Positions 10,902 through 21,557 of a stretch of DNA of 64,000 bases are shown piece after piece. Positions within the stretch are counted from its first letter, which is position 1. Each line of letters starts with the position of its first letter. The notes under the pieces are model-generated. The model was given only the letters and a program-made list of their open reading frames with translations. It was not told the origin of the DNA and searched no databases. The position numbers and the translations under genes are program-made. The stretch comes from Chlamydiales bacterium (GTDB lineage: Bacteria > Chlamydiota > Chlamydiia > Chlamydiales > JAAZZY01), in the NCBI GenBank assembly GCA_965206695.1, contig CBDBKM010000010.1:160001-224000 (forward strand). Direction: 5' to 3'.

Positions 10902-12662
10902 TTACATTCTTTCGACAGTTTCTAAACCTAAAATAGTTAACCCTTGTGATAAGGTTTGGCCACAAGCTTCTATTAGAATCAAGCGAGACTTTTCTAAATC
11001 AGATCCGATCACCCTACAATCTCTAAAAAAAGCATGGAATTTCTCAGCTAAATTATATAAATAGTCCGTTAACCGATTAGGTAAAAGGTCACGAATAATA
11101 TCATCTAAGGTTTCGCCAAACTGAAGAATATAAAGCGCAAGAGCTTGTTCCGTCGGATGTTCAAGAGTGACGGAAATTTCTTCAATTTTATTGATATCAA
11201 AATGGACTTTTCGTTTAATTCCTTGAGTGCGAACGTAGGCATAAAGTAAAAAAGTTGCCGTATTGCCTTCAAATCGGAGCATTTTATCATAACTGAAGAT
11301 GTAGTCTTTTGTTCTTAAAGAAGATAAATCAGCATATTTTATAGATCCAATACCTAGAGCTTTAGCTAATTTTTTTTGTTCTTCTTTATCCATTTCAGGG
11401 GTTCGTTCTTGTATAATCTCTAAGGCTTTAGAAATACCCTCATTTAACAAGTCAATTAACTTCTCTGTATTACCGGATCGAGTTTTAAATTTAGTACCAT
11501 CCGGGCCTAAAACCAAACCAAAGGTGACGTGATCTACTTGAACTTTATTACGATCAAGATATCCGATAAGTTCGGCAGCTTTAAAAACCATTTGAAAATG
11601 AAGCCTCTGTCCCGCATCAGTTACGACAATAACTCTATCAGCCCTTTCTACTTCAACCCGATGGCGGATCGCTGCCAGATCTGTGGATGCATAATTATAA
11701 CCACCATCGGATTTTTGAATCATAATGGGTAGTAGATCACCTTCTCGATTAGTAAAGCCTTCTAAATAGACACATTTTGCTCCATTTGAGATCGTCACTA
11801 AATCCTTTGCTTCAAAATCGTTGATGACCTGAGGCAATTGATCATTATAAAAGGATTCGCCTCGATCATTATTTGTAACATCCAATAGGTCATATATTTC
11901 AAGATACGCCTTTCTGGAAATATCACAAATAATTTCCCATGCTTTATAAGCATCTGATTCTTTAGCTTGCAGTTTAACGACTTCTTCATGAGAGCGCTTC
12001 TTAAAAGATTCATCGCTGTCAAAAAGCTTGCGACTTTCTTGATACCATTTAGCAAGGTGAGATAAGTCAGTGACTTGTTCGCCGGAGAGAACTTTTGGAG
12101 CTTTGTCTTTCATATAAGCTATAAGCATACCAAAGGGTGTACCCCAATCTCCAATATGATTAAGGCGTAGGACATCGTAACCGAAAAATTCGAACAGACG
12201 AGTTAAACATTCTCCGATAATGGTTGATCTAAGGTGTCCAACATGCAATTCTTTAGCGATATTCGGTGAAGAAAATTCTACAATAATACGTTGCTGTGTT
12301 GTTGGCATGTCGATGCCAAGTTTATCACTGCTAAGTATTTCAGGGATTTTTTTTTCCAAAAAAGAGAGAGAAATTTTGATATTGATAAAGCCCGGTCCTG
12401 CAATGGAGGCAGATTCAATTAATTGTTCGGTTGTTTCGAATTCATCTAAATACTTGATAAGTTTTTGGGCAATATCTCGAGGCTTTTGTTTTAATACCTT
12501 TGCTAGCTTCATAGCGCTATTACATTGGTAGTGACCAAAAGTAGGACTTGTGCTTTGAACAACTTCTAAAGCTAAAAAAGTTTCTTCATTAGAAATCTCT
12601 GTAAAAATAGCTGTGATAGCAGCCTGAAATTGCTTAGATAGTAGATTGACAATAGTTTTCAT
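10902..12662 (-). CDS. argS: Arginine--tRNA ligase
   Basis: EFSSPNIAKELHVGHLRST (HIGH), KFKTRSG, DALR-type C-terminal domain. Confidence 0.97.
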   Translation of the reverse strand: MKTIVNLLSKQFQAAITAIFTEISNEETFLALEVVQSTSPTFGHYQCNSAMKLAKVLKQKPRDIAQKLIKYLDEFETTEQLIESASIAGPGFINIKISLSFLEKKIPEILSSDKLGIDMPTTQQRIIVEFSSPNIAKELHVGHLRSTIIGECLTRLFEFFGYDVLRLNHIGDWGTPFGMLIAYMKDKAPKVLSGEQVTDLSHLAKWYQESRKLFDSDESFKKRSHEEVVKLQAKESDAYKAWEIICDISRKAYLEIYDLLDVTNNDRGESFYNDQLPQVINDFEAKDLVTISNGAKCVYLEGFTNREGDLLPIMIQKSDGGYNYASTDLAAIRHRVEVERADRVIVVTDAGQRLHFQMVFKAAELIGYLDRNKVQVDHVTFGLVLGPDGTKFKTRSGNTEKLIDLLNEGISKALEIIQERTPEMDKEEQKKLAKALGIGSIKYADLSSLRTKDYIFSYDKMLRFEGNTATFLLYAYVRTQGIKRKVHFDINKIEEISVTLEHPTEQALALYILQFGETLDDIIRDLLPNRLTDYLYNLAEKFHAFFRDCRVIGSDLEKSRLILIEACGQTLSQGLTILGLETVERM

Positions 12663-12674
12663 AAAATCAAAAAT

Positions 12675-13748
12675 TTAAGTAACTAAAAGCTCTTCTTCCA
12701 ATACTTGAGAGTTCATTGCTTTCATCGCCAGCTGATCCGCGGCTTCCGCTGTTGCTAAATCATGCTTGTCGGCGTATTCAAAAATATTTAAAAGCCTATT
12801 ATGAATTTTATTTACCTTACTCAAGACGGTTTGGGGATTATATCCATTCGGATCGATTTCGGCTACAACATTAAGAAGGCCCCCGGAGTTAATGACGTAA
12901 TCGGGTGCATATAGGATCCCTCTATCTTTCAATTTAAGCCCATCTTCTTCTTCTAATAATTGATTGTTGGCAACTCCCGCTATCGCAGCACATTTTAGCA
13001 TAGGTATGGTTTCAGAATTTAGAGAACCCCCCATGGCACATGGGGCTAAAATATCGCATTCAGTTTCCATGTATTCTTCAAGAGATACAATAGTTGCATT
13101 ATAGTGAGATTGAGCAAATTCCAGTACTTTTTGATTAATATCGCTTACTATGATTTTTGCGCCATTCCAGAAGAGATGGTCTACTAAAGCCATACCCGCA
13201 TTTCCAATTCCTTGGACTGCAATACGCTTATCGGTTAGACAGACATTCCCCCAAAGATATTGTGCTGTTGATTGCATTGCCAGAAAAACACCTCTGGCAG
13301 TAAATCGACCGGGGTTCCCACTCATTCCGGCCAGGCTTGCGCCTAAACCGTATTTGGTCGTTTTATTGATAATGGACATATCATCCGCATTACAACCCAG
13401 ATCTTCAGCGCAATAATAGATACCTTCCAGATACTTTACGGCATGAGCAAAAGAGGTTAGAAGAGCTTCTGTTTTCTGAGTCTTAGAATCAGCTATAATA
13501 ACACTTTTTCCTCCTCCGGAATGACTATTGGATAGAGCAGCTTTATAAGTCATTCCTTTAGCTAGTCGTAAGACGTCATTTAAAGCATCATCAAAATTTT
13601 TATATGGATGAATTCGAACACCTCCAACAGCCGGACCAAGCGTTGTATTGTGAATGGCAATAATTGCATGAAGATTAGAGGTTTTTTCTTTAACTTCAAT
13701 AACCTTCTCATAACCCTTAATTTCAAGTACTTCAATAGAAAGATTCAT
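12675..13748 (-). CDS. Leucine dehydrogenase (Glu/Leu/Phe/Val dehydrogenase family)
   Basis: IHNTTLGPAVGGVR, LAKGMTYK, GGGKSVI, VQGIGNAG, APDYVINSGG. Confidence 0.92.
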   Translation of the reverse strand: MNLSIEVLEIKGYEKVIEVKEKTSNLHAIIAIHNTTLGPAVGGVRIHPYKNFDDALNDVLRLAKGMTYKAALSNSHSGGGKSVIIADSKTQKTEALLTSFAHAVKYLEGIYYCAEDLGCNADDMSIINKTTKYGLGASLAGMSGNPGRFTARGVFLAMQSTAQYLWGNVCLTDKRIAVQGIGNAGMALVDHLFWNGAKIIVSDINQKVLEFAQSHYNATIVSLEEYMETECDILAPCAMGGSLNSETIPMLKCAAIAGVANNQLLEEEDGLKLKDRGILYAPDYVINSGGLLNVVAEIDPNGYNPQTVLSKVNKIHNRLLNIFEYADKHDLATAEAADQLAMKAMNSQVLEEELLVT

Positions 13749-14098
13749 AATAATCTCTTTTGTTTGCCAATTTATAAAGCACAGTATTTTAAAACATTTA
13801 GATAATAAAAGGAAATTATAATAAATTTTTTAAATTGCTTATTTTTTCTTTGAAAGAGCTTTGATCATTTATATTTGGGCCTTTGAAAAAGATTAAAAGG
13901 ATTATTGAGAAGGTTTCTCCGGATTGAATATGTTTTTATATTCCCTTAAAACCATTTCTTAAGTTAAACTTTAATCACATTTAAAATAGCTTATGAATAA
14001 AATATATAGATGATATGTAAGATTTTTTTACTTGTGTGAGCGTAAAAAGTTTTAGCTAATTTAAAGTTAACAATTAAATACAACGGAAGATTAAAAAG

Positions 14099-14842
14099 AT
14101 GCTTGAGGTTCCTATGGGAAAAACAACCATTTCGGGCGAGTTAATTAGTGATTTAAAAGGATATTTGAAACGTCATCATCGTCCGGAGTTGATTAGTACC
14201 TATCTTTTTTATGTTTCTAAAAAATTTGATATACACCCTACTTTATCCCCCAAACATAAAATAGTTTATCGTAGTTTGGATGAAGCGGTAAAAATGTTAG
14301 GCGAATCGGGTCAATTATGGCGTGAGACAAAAATACGTATAGGTTCTCAAGGTTCTAGTGTGAACGGGCAAACAAAAAAGATTTATATTTGTCCTTTTAC
14401 CGGAAAAGTATTTGCAGATAATACCCACCCTAATCCTCAGGATGCTATTTATGACTGGGTATTAAAGTGTCCCGAAAATACCGAAAGAAACGATGGTATG
14501 CGGGTTAAACGTTTTTATGTTTCTGAAGATCCTGAAGTTATAAAAAAATATATTAAAGCCGATAAAGTTGCTACTATTAAAGGTGTTTATTCATCCGTTA
14601 TTACCGGCTCTCTTTTTAATAGTAAAGAATCCGTGATTGAAGATTTTAAACAAAATTTTGTGAAAGAAATTAGCCTTCAGGAAATTCTTAACCAAAATCG
14701 TTACCAATTAGAAGAATCTTTTTTAAAGTTTATTCAAGATGAGCTTGCAGAGGATAATTTAACGACCTTTATTGAAGCTCTTTCAGAATATCCTGAATTT
14801 CCTCCTTATATAGAAACATGGCTTGAGGATGAATCTGAGTAA
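14099..14842 (+). CDS. Conserved chlamydial protein (DUF2709-like)
   Basis: KIYICPFTGKVFADN...PQDAIYDWV..CPEN motif; position upstream of tsaE. Confidence 0.75.
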   Translation: MLEVPMGKTTISGELISDLKGYLKRHHRPELISTYLFYVSKKFDIHPTLSPKHKIVYRSLDEAVKMLGESGQLWRETKIRIGSQGSSVNGQTKKIYICPFTGKVFADNTHPNPQDAIYDWVLKCPENTERNDGMRVKRFYVSEDPEVIKKYIKADKVATIKGVYSSVITGSLFNSKESVIEDFKQNFVKEISLQEILNQNRYQLEESFLKFIQDELAEDNLTTFIEALSEYPEFPPYIETWLEDESE

Positions 14843-14867
14843 TGATTTCAATCAACGTTGAAATTCA

Positions 14868-15311
14868 ATGCAATTACAATTAATAACCGCTTCTTCTGAA
14901 CAAACTTATGATCTTGGCGCTGAATTAGGGCAAAGAATAGGTGAAAATAGTGTTTTAGCTTTCTATGGTGACCTTGGAGCCGGAAAAACGACCTTTATTA
15001 AAGGATTAGCCAGTAATTTTATTAATTGTGATAATGAAATTGTTAGTAGTCCGACTTTTACTTACCTGAATATTTATGAAGGTAAAAAGACATTATACCA
15101 TTTCGATCTTTATCGATTAACACAACTAGATCAATTTTTATCTATGGGTTTTGAGGAATATTTTGAATTCGGAGGAATTTGTTGTATTGAGTGGGCGGAA
15201 CGAGTATCGAGTATTTTACCTTATACAACATGGATGATTTCGATCTTTCATAAAGAACAAGATAAAAGAGAGATAATAATAGAATCATTTGATGGAAAAA
15301 ATAAATTTTAA
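14868..15311 (+). CDS. tsaE: tRNA threonylcarbamoyladenosine biosynthesis ATPase TsaE
   Basis: GDLGAGKTTF, SSPTF, HFDLYRL, IEWAE. Confidence 0.96.
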   Translation: MQLQLITASSEQTYDLGAELGQRIGENSVLAFYGDLGAGKTTFIKGLASNFINCDNEIVSSPTFTYLNIYEGKKTLYHFDLYRLTQLDQFLSMGFEEYFEFGGICCIEWAERVSSILPYTTWMISIFHKEQDKREIIIESFDGKNKF

Positions 15312-15900
15312 TCAGACTCAATTTGTTACAAGTGCCAAGGATTTAGAGGGTTATCCCTCTCAGCTTGATAACGGAACTCCCTTGTTTGAAATTGCGGTGG
15401 GTGGAAGATCCAACGTAGGGAAATCTAGTCTCCTTAATAATCTTTTTGGAACAAAAAATCTTGTAAAAACATCAGGTGTCCCCGGAAAAACTCAACTTCT
15501 CAATTTTTTTCGAGTAGGTAATGAATATTCTTTTGTAGATTTACCCGGGTATGGTTTTGCTCAAGTCCCTAAAGCGATTAGGGAGCAATGGGGGCCAATG
15601 ATTCAAACCTATTTTGAAAACCGTCAATCTCTTGGGCTTATTCTGATCCTGTTGGATATTCGAAGAATACCTAATGAAGATGATAAAGTTTTTTTAGAGT
15701 GGATTTCATATTACAAGATTCCGATCCTTTTAATTTTAACAAAAGTTGATAAGGTTAATTTAACAATTCGCAGGAAAAATACTCAGAGGATCTTAGATGG
15801 ATTTAAGAATTTGGATTTACCATATTTGCATTATTCTTCTAAGAAACGAATCGGGCGCACGCTACTTATAACCCGGATACGAGATATGATGAAAAGGTAA
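15289..15900 (+). CDS. engB: Ribosome biogenesis GTPase EngB/YihA
   Basis: GRSNVGKSS, PGKTQ, DLPGYG, TKVDK. Confidence 0.96.
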   Translation: MMEKINFNQTQFVTSAKDLEGYPSQLDNGTPLFEIAVGGRSNVGKSSLLNNLFGTKNLVKTSGVPGKTQLLNFFRVGNEYSFVDLPGYGFAQVPKAIREQWGPMIQTYFENRQSLGLILILLDIRRIPNEDDKVFLEWISYYKIPILLILTKVDKVNLTIRRKNTQRILDGFKNLDLPYLHYSSKKRIGRTLLITRIRDMMKR

Positions 15901-15907
15901 AAATTGA

Positions 15908-16657
15908 ATGGTTTTAATAAAAAATACAGAATTTGTTTGTATCGATTGTGAGGCAACCGGTCTAGATCTGGATGACGACCGTATTGTTGAAGTAGCTGTG
16001 GTAAGATTTACTTTAACTGAGGAATTGAATCATCTTGAGACTTTAGTGGATCCGGAGCGGCCTATACCTGCTGCATCAATGGAAATTCATCACATAACGG
16101 ATGGAATGGTGGCGGGTAAGCCAAAGATTTCTGATGTTTTGCCAACGGTATTAAGACTGATTGGCAATAGAATTATTGTCGGTCATGGGATTGAATTTGA
16201 TATAAATATGATTGCTAATGAAGCAAAAAGACATAATATACCTTGTACGATTAAGTCTGCTCGTTTTTTTGATACATTACGATTAGCCAGACAGTATGGA
16301 GGAAGTCCTACCAATTCACTGGAAAGACTACGTGAGCATTTTAATATACCGGAAGAAGGGGCCCATCGAGCAATGAACGATGTCAGAGTTAATATGGAAG
16401 TATTTAAGCAGCTCATAAAAACTTATAAAACGATTGAGCAAATTTTTGATATCTTAGCAAAGCCTATTCGTTTGAAAAGTATGCCATTTGGTAAACATAG
16501 AGGGCGTGCTATGAAAGAAGTTCCTATTGAATATCTGCAATGGGTATCAAATAAAGATTTCGATAAGGATTTAATCTATTCGATTCGATGGGAATTAAAA
16601 AGACGTACACAGACAAAAGATTTCTCGCAATCAAGCAATCCATTTCATGGGTTATAA
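15908..16657 (+). CDS. DEDDh 3'-5' exonuclease (DnaQ-like) with C-terminal MPFGKH domain
   Basis: IDCEATG, VGHGIEFD, HRAMND. Confidence 0.88.
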   Translation: MVLIKNTEFVCIDCEATGLDLDDDRIVEVAVVRFTLTEELNHLETLVDPERPIPAASMEIHHITDGMVAGKPKISDVLPTVLRLIGNRIIVGHGIEFDINMIANEAKRHNIPCTIKSARFFDTLRLARQYGGSPTNSLERLREHFNIPEEGAHRAMNDVRVNMEVFKQLIKTYKTIEQIFDILAKPIRLKSMPFGKHRGRAMKEVPIEYLQWVSNKDFDKDLIYSIRWELKRRTQTKDFSQSSNPFHGL

Positions 16658-16747
16658 GATCTTATTTGAGAAAATATTTCTTAACTTACCCTATGAAAAG
16701 TAAGTGTTTTTTTAAAAATGATTTCAATAATTGTTTAGGAGCAACAA

Positions 16748-17629
16748 ATGGAAAAAGGTTTACAAAGTGTAAAAGTAGGTTTAGCAGAAATGCTTAAAGG
16801 CGGTGTTATTATGGACGTGACAACACCGGAACAAGCTCGAATAGCTGAAGATGCAGGCGCTACTGCTGTAATGGCTTTGGAAAGGATTCCTGCTGATATC
16901 CGTTCTGATGGAGGGATCGCTCGTATGTCTAGCGTTGAAGTTATTCAAAATATACAAAAGAGGGTTTCTATTCCTGTTATGGCAAAATGCCGAATCGGCC
17001 ATTTTGTTGAAGCTCAGATTTTGCAAGCTTTAAAAGTCGATTTTATTGACGAAAGTGAAGTCTTGACTCCTGCAGATGACGACTATCATATTTTAAAGCA
17101 CCCATTTACAGCTCCTTTTGTATGTGGTTGTCGTAATCTGGGAGAAGCTCTAAGAAGGATTGCTGAAGGTGCCGCAATGATTAGGACTAAAGGGGAAGCC
17201 GGAACAGGGGATATTGTTGAAGCGGTAAGACATATGAGATCGGTACAACAGGGAATTAGGCGTTTGATTAATCTTGATCCTAGCGAGTTAATGACGGAAG
17301 CTAAAGTGATAGGAGCTCCTTACGAGCTTCTTTGCCAAGTAGCTAAAGAAGGAAAATTACCGGTTCCTAATTTTGCTGCAGGAGGTATTGCAACTCCCGC
17401 CGATGCGGCATTAATGATGCAATTAGGTGCAGAATCGGTTTTTGTTGGTTCCGGTATATTTAAATCTGATGATCCTGCACAAAGAGCCGTTGCTATTGTA
17501 AAAGCTGTGACACATTATAAGGATCCGGAAAAATTAGCAGAGATTTCAAGAGAATTGCTTCAAGGTATGCAAGGGATTGCAGTCGATTCACTGCAAGAAG
17601 ACAAGCGGTTAGCTAAAAGAGGTTGGTAA
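16748..17629 (+). CDS. pdxS: Pyridoxal 5'-phosphate synthase subunit PdxS
   Basis: [41 protein letters not shown]. Confidence 0.97.
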   Translation: MEKGLQSVKVGLAEMLKGGVIMDVTTPEQARIAEDAGATAVMALERIPADIRSDGGIARMSSVEVIQNIQKRVSIPVMAKCRIGHFVEAQILQALKVDFIDESEVLTPADDDYHILKHPFTAPFVCGCRNLGEALRRIAEGAAMIRTKGEAGTGDIVEAVRHMRSVQQGIRRLINLDPSELMTEAKVIGAPYELLCQVAKEGKLPVPNFAAGGIATPADAALMMQLGAESVFVGSGIFKSDDPAQRAVAIVKAVTHYKDPEKLAEISRELLQGMQGIAVDSLQEDKRLAKRGW

Positions 17630-17632
17630 CGC

Positions 17633-18214
17633 ATGCAGAGCAAAGTGGTAGGAATTTTAGCACTGCAAGGGGCTTTTGCCCGTCATGGATCTGTTTTGGA
17701 TTGTTTAGGTGTTATCAACAAGGAAGTTAAAACTTCAAATGATTTAAACGACATATCCGCGTTGATTATACCCGGTGGAGAATCTACTACTATTGCTAAA
17801 CAAATGAACGAGGATAGTTTATTTCATGACATAAAAGCATTTGGAAGAGATAACCCTCTTTTTGGAACATGTGCCGGGGCTATTTTGATGGCTAAAAAAG
17901 TTGTTAAAAATCCTTTTGAATCCTTTGCTTTTATGGATATTTCAATTCAGCGTAATGCTTATGGGCCTCAAACGGAATCTTTTTATACTCATCTCGACAT
18001 ACCAAGTACTAGCCCAAATAAAATTCCTGCCTTTTTTATACGGGCGCCGGTTGTTATCGATTATGGACCAAATGTTCGAGTACTCGCTCATTTAGAACAA
18101 AAACCGGTTTTATTGCAGGAAGATAAGCATTTGGTTGCTACCTTCCATCCCGAATTAACGACTGATTTGAGTGTCCATCAATATTTTATAAATCTAATCT
18201 CTTATGACAATTAA
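17633..18214 (+). CDS. pdxT: Pyridoxal 5'-phosphate synthase glutaminase subunit PdxT
   Basis: ALQGAF, PGGEST, GTCAG, FIRAP, FHPEL. Confidence 0.96.
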   Translation: MQSKVVGILALQGAFARHGSVLDCLGVINKEVKTSNDLNDISALIIPGGESTTIAKQMNEDSLFHDIKAFGRDNPLFGTCAGAILMAKKVVKNPFESFAFMDISIQRNAYGPQTESFYTHLDIPSTSPNKIPAFFIRAPVVIDYGPNVRVLAHLEQKPVLLQEDKHLVATFHPELTTDLSVHQYFINLISYDN

Positions 18215-18989
18215 GCGAGAAAATCCCTTACTTCAGTCTTGGGATAGGAGCGCCTCGATCAAATTTTTGTTTCGTATTCTTGTTAATTTTCATATCTTGT
18301 ATACCATTCCTATCTTTTAGATCTACCGTGAGGCAGTCGGTAAGTTAAGCCTTTGGAGATCATGTCAGACTAACACTTGTTAGTAACCTGAGTTTTGGGT
18401 TTAAATTACCATAGTTAAAATATTCTGATGCTTTTCCAACTTAATTGAAGGTTTTTTTTCTTGATGAGAGTACGCAATAAGAGCACCAAGTAAGTTAATA
18501 AAAAAATGAGAGATACTACGATGGCGTGTATGTTCTATTTGCGAAATATTTTTTAATTGATCATTTACTGTTTCAATAATAGATCTTTTTCTTAATAAGA
18601 TTGTATCTTTTAATGACATCAATCTATTTTTCATATTTGACCGAATGGTAATAATAAGCTGCAAACCTTTATTAAGAAGTTTTTTATAAAGAGGAGAAGA
18701 GATGTACCCTTTATCACCAAAAAATTTTCCTGTGATTGTATCAGCCAATTTTTCTACAACAGAGACATCGGAAACATTTCCCCGGGTGATATGAAAAGCT
18801 ATAATCTCTTCTTTATCATTAATAATTAAATGAAGTTTAAAGCCATAAAACCATCCGGATGTTGTTTTACCTTTTTTTGCTACTCCTTTAAAAACTTTAT
18901 TTCTTGAAATACGTTTATTATGGCACACTTTTAGTGAAGTTGCATCGATGAAAGCAATGCCTGTGATATTGCCTTGAAGGCTCCACATA

Positions 18990-19923
18990 TAGTATTTTAA
19001 TTTTTATTTGATAATATGTTATCCTTCTTTTTTTATACAAACAGTAAGGATAAAACAATGCCTAGAGCCTATTCAGTAGATCTTCGAGAGAAAGTATTAC
19101 AACATATAGAAAAACATCATGATAAAAAAACAGCCGGCCATATTTTTCAAGTAGGTATCGCAACAATATATCGATGGATCTTGCAAAAAAAGCAAAAAGG
19201 ACATTTAAAACCAATCCGCAGAAAATATGCTTATAAGAAATTAGATGATGAGTTGTTATCTAAATATGTAGAAAAACATCCGGATTATTTTTTATCGGAA
19301 ATTGCTGATTATTTTTCAGTCACTCCGCAAACGATTTTTTATGCCCTTAAAAGATTAAAAATTACACGAAAAAAAAAACTACTCGCTATAAGGAAAGAGA
19401 TGAAAAGAAACGGGAAGCTTTTATGAAAGATTTAAAAAATATTCCCTTTGACAAGAGAATTTATCTCGATGAAACCGGGATTCATCAATTTTTATTTCGT
19501 GAGTCCGGAAGAAGCTTACGCGGCAAAAAAGTTTTTGGAGCGGTTTCAGGAAACCGCTTTATAAGGCAAAATATTATTTCAGCCCTATCTAAAGGGCAGT
19601 TTTTATCTCCAATGTGTTTTGAAGGTACTGGTAATACCGGGTTATTCAATATTTGGCTTAAGGAAGTTTTGACTCCTCAGCTTACACCCGGTAGTGTTCT
19701 TATTCTTGACAATGCCGGTTTTCACAAGTCAGCGGAAAGCAGGAAAACAGTAGAATCTGCCGGTTGTAAGCTTATGTTTCTTCCTCCCTATTCTCCGGAC
19801 TTAAATCCTATAGAAAAATATTGGGCTAATATGAAAAATAAAGTTAGAGAGATATTACGAAAAGTTACGAATTTTAAATTCGCCATTGATCAAGCAATCT
19901 TATCAATGTAAATTAAATGACTA
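18990..19923 (+). mobile_element. IS630-family element (copy 1); ORFs 19016-19426 and 19423-19911 joined by -1 frameshift
   Basis: TA duplication, IRs TAGTATTTTAATT/AATTAAATGACTA, YSVDLREKV HTH, LDETG..DNAGFH..PPYSPDLNPIE, A10 slip site. Confidence 0.95.
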
Positions 19924-19962
19924 TATAAGCGTATAGAGGAAGAAATATATTTTTTATACATT

Positions 19963-20866
19963 AGACTTCTTTCGAAACTCATTGTGCCACCTCCAAATTG
20001 TAAATGCCGGCAATTAGATTAAAACGAAGAGCAAACCTTTTACGCCTATTTCCGTAACGATCAGTTATAATCTTGAATCGCTTTAAACGGGCAATGACAT
20101 GTTCATTGAGAACTCGTTCTTTGGAAAGCTGTCGATTGCGTTTCTTATCATCTTTAGTCAATGGCTTCTTTTTACTTTTTTTCTTTGGCATTTGGGTCTT
20201 AGAGTGAATATCTTGTAGACCTTGATATCCGGTATCAGTCAACACATTTATTTCCGGACGGATTTGTATTTTTGACTCTTTGAATAATCTGAAATCATGT
20301 AGCTTGCCATTCGAGAATGCCGTACAGATTACTTGTTGCGTCTTCTTGTTCACAACAACCTGAGTTTTTAGCGTATATTTTTTCTTTTTTCCTGAGTAAA
20401 AATACTTCTGTTTTTTTTTGGCCTTTCAATACGCGTTTCTGTTGCATCGATTAAAATAACGTCATATTCAACATCGCTCTTTAGAAGAGCTTTGCGTCCG
20501 GGCAAAGAGAAATCAGGGTGCTTGATTAATGTATCCTCGACCCACCTTACAGTTTTATAGGCAGTACTCTCACTAACACCGTAACTTTGACTCACATGGA
20601 AATAAGTCCCGTATTCTCGGATATATTCTAGAGTCATAAGCAGCATATCTTTTATGCTTAGTTTGTTCTTCCTAATACCTTTAACTTTTTTGAGTTTGTT
20701 CGATTCTTCTAAAATCAACTGCATCCTATCAAATGTAGCTTTCTTAATGCCCGTTAGCCGACGAAATTTTTCATCGTCTAAACTTTTAACTGTTTCAAAC
20801 TTCATGTTATCCTCACTTATTTTAACAAGAACATTATTATCAAAAAATTAGTTTCGAAAGAAGTCT
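19963..20866 (-). mobile_element. IS5-family element; ORFs 20805-20368 and 20353-19979 joined by frameshift
   Basis: Perfect 17-bp IR AGACTTCTTTCGAAACT, ATT duplication, IDATE..DTGYQG..RVLNEH motifs, A9 run at RPKK. Confidence 0.93.
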
Positions 20867-21557
20867 ATTAAATAAATCTTGAATAACTGATTAATTTGGG
20901 AAATTCACGGTAATAATATTGCTGAAACATAACTATAATAGTCATCATTTCCGGAACTGACAATAGAGGTGCCGGTCCTCGTCTATTTTGTTTACTTTCA
21001 ATAAGATGTTTCGCCCGGTCTTTTTTGAAAACTTTACAAAAATCATCGATAGAGTAATATAGAGCAGTTAAATCTTTCATTTTTAGACCTTTTGTTTATT
21101 TTTTTGTCAAAATATTCTACAAAAACAAAAGGTCTTTTTGCATTAAAAAATTTCTAACTTCATGAAATATTAAGGATTAAACCCAAAACTCAGGTTAGTA
21201 GTGCTCGTTGAATAAGGAATCCCTTCCCTTTAGGGGGAGCTGTCAATTAAAGTTACTATTGTTAGTACCACATCCACCTTCGCCCTTTCTTATTTTATTG
21301 TAAGGATTTTGTGGCGGAGGTTTTCCACCACAACTAGAGATCGTTAATAGTAGAATTGATGCTATTAACAAAGGACCATATTTTTTTATCACTTTAATTA
21401 TCCCCCCTATAGAAAAATTTGTTTTTTTGCTGATTTAATTCTTTTGAAGATAATATTGCAAATCTAATGATCATTTATCAAAACATTTTCATAATTTTTT
21501 TCATAATTTTTTCTAAATAAGATATGATTCTGTTTTTTTGTTAAGTTAGAGGTTTTT

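Larger units (their letters stand above)
18386..21195 (-). mobile_element. IS982-family element, split by two later insertions
   Basis: Terminal IRs ACCTGAGTTTTGGGTTTAA, TAGTA duplication; transposase pieces 21080-20868, 19959-19926, 18988-18401 (IDATSL, FYGFKLH, GDKGY, RSIIETVNDQLK). Confidence 0.92.
18206..21246 (+). mobile_element. Non-autonomous IS605 derivative (left end + omega-RNA + right end, ~225 bp when nested ISs are removed)
   Basis: Left end TTAT|GACAATTAAGCGAGAAAA matches the left end of the IS605 element at 60184; 18326-18385 joined to 21201-21246 matches the tnpB 3' region/right end at 58519-58630 and ends in GCTGTCAA. Confidence 0.85.

Noticed and set aside
21254..21351. Weak palindromic stretch right of the IS605 miniature
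   Set aside because: Pairing is poor and no second copy was found
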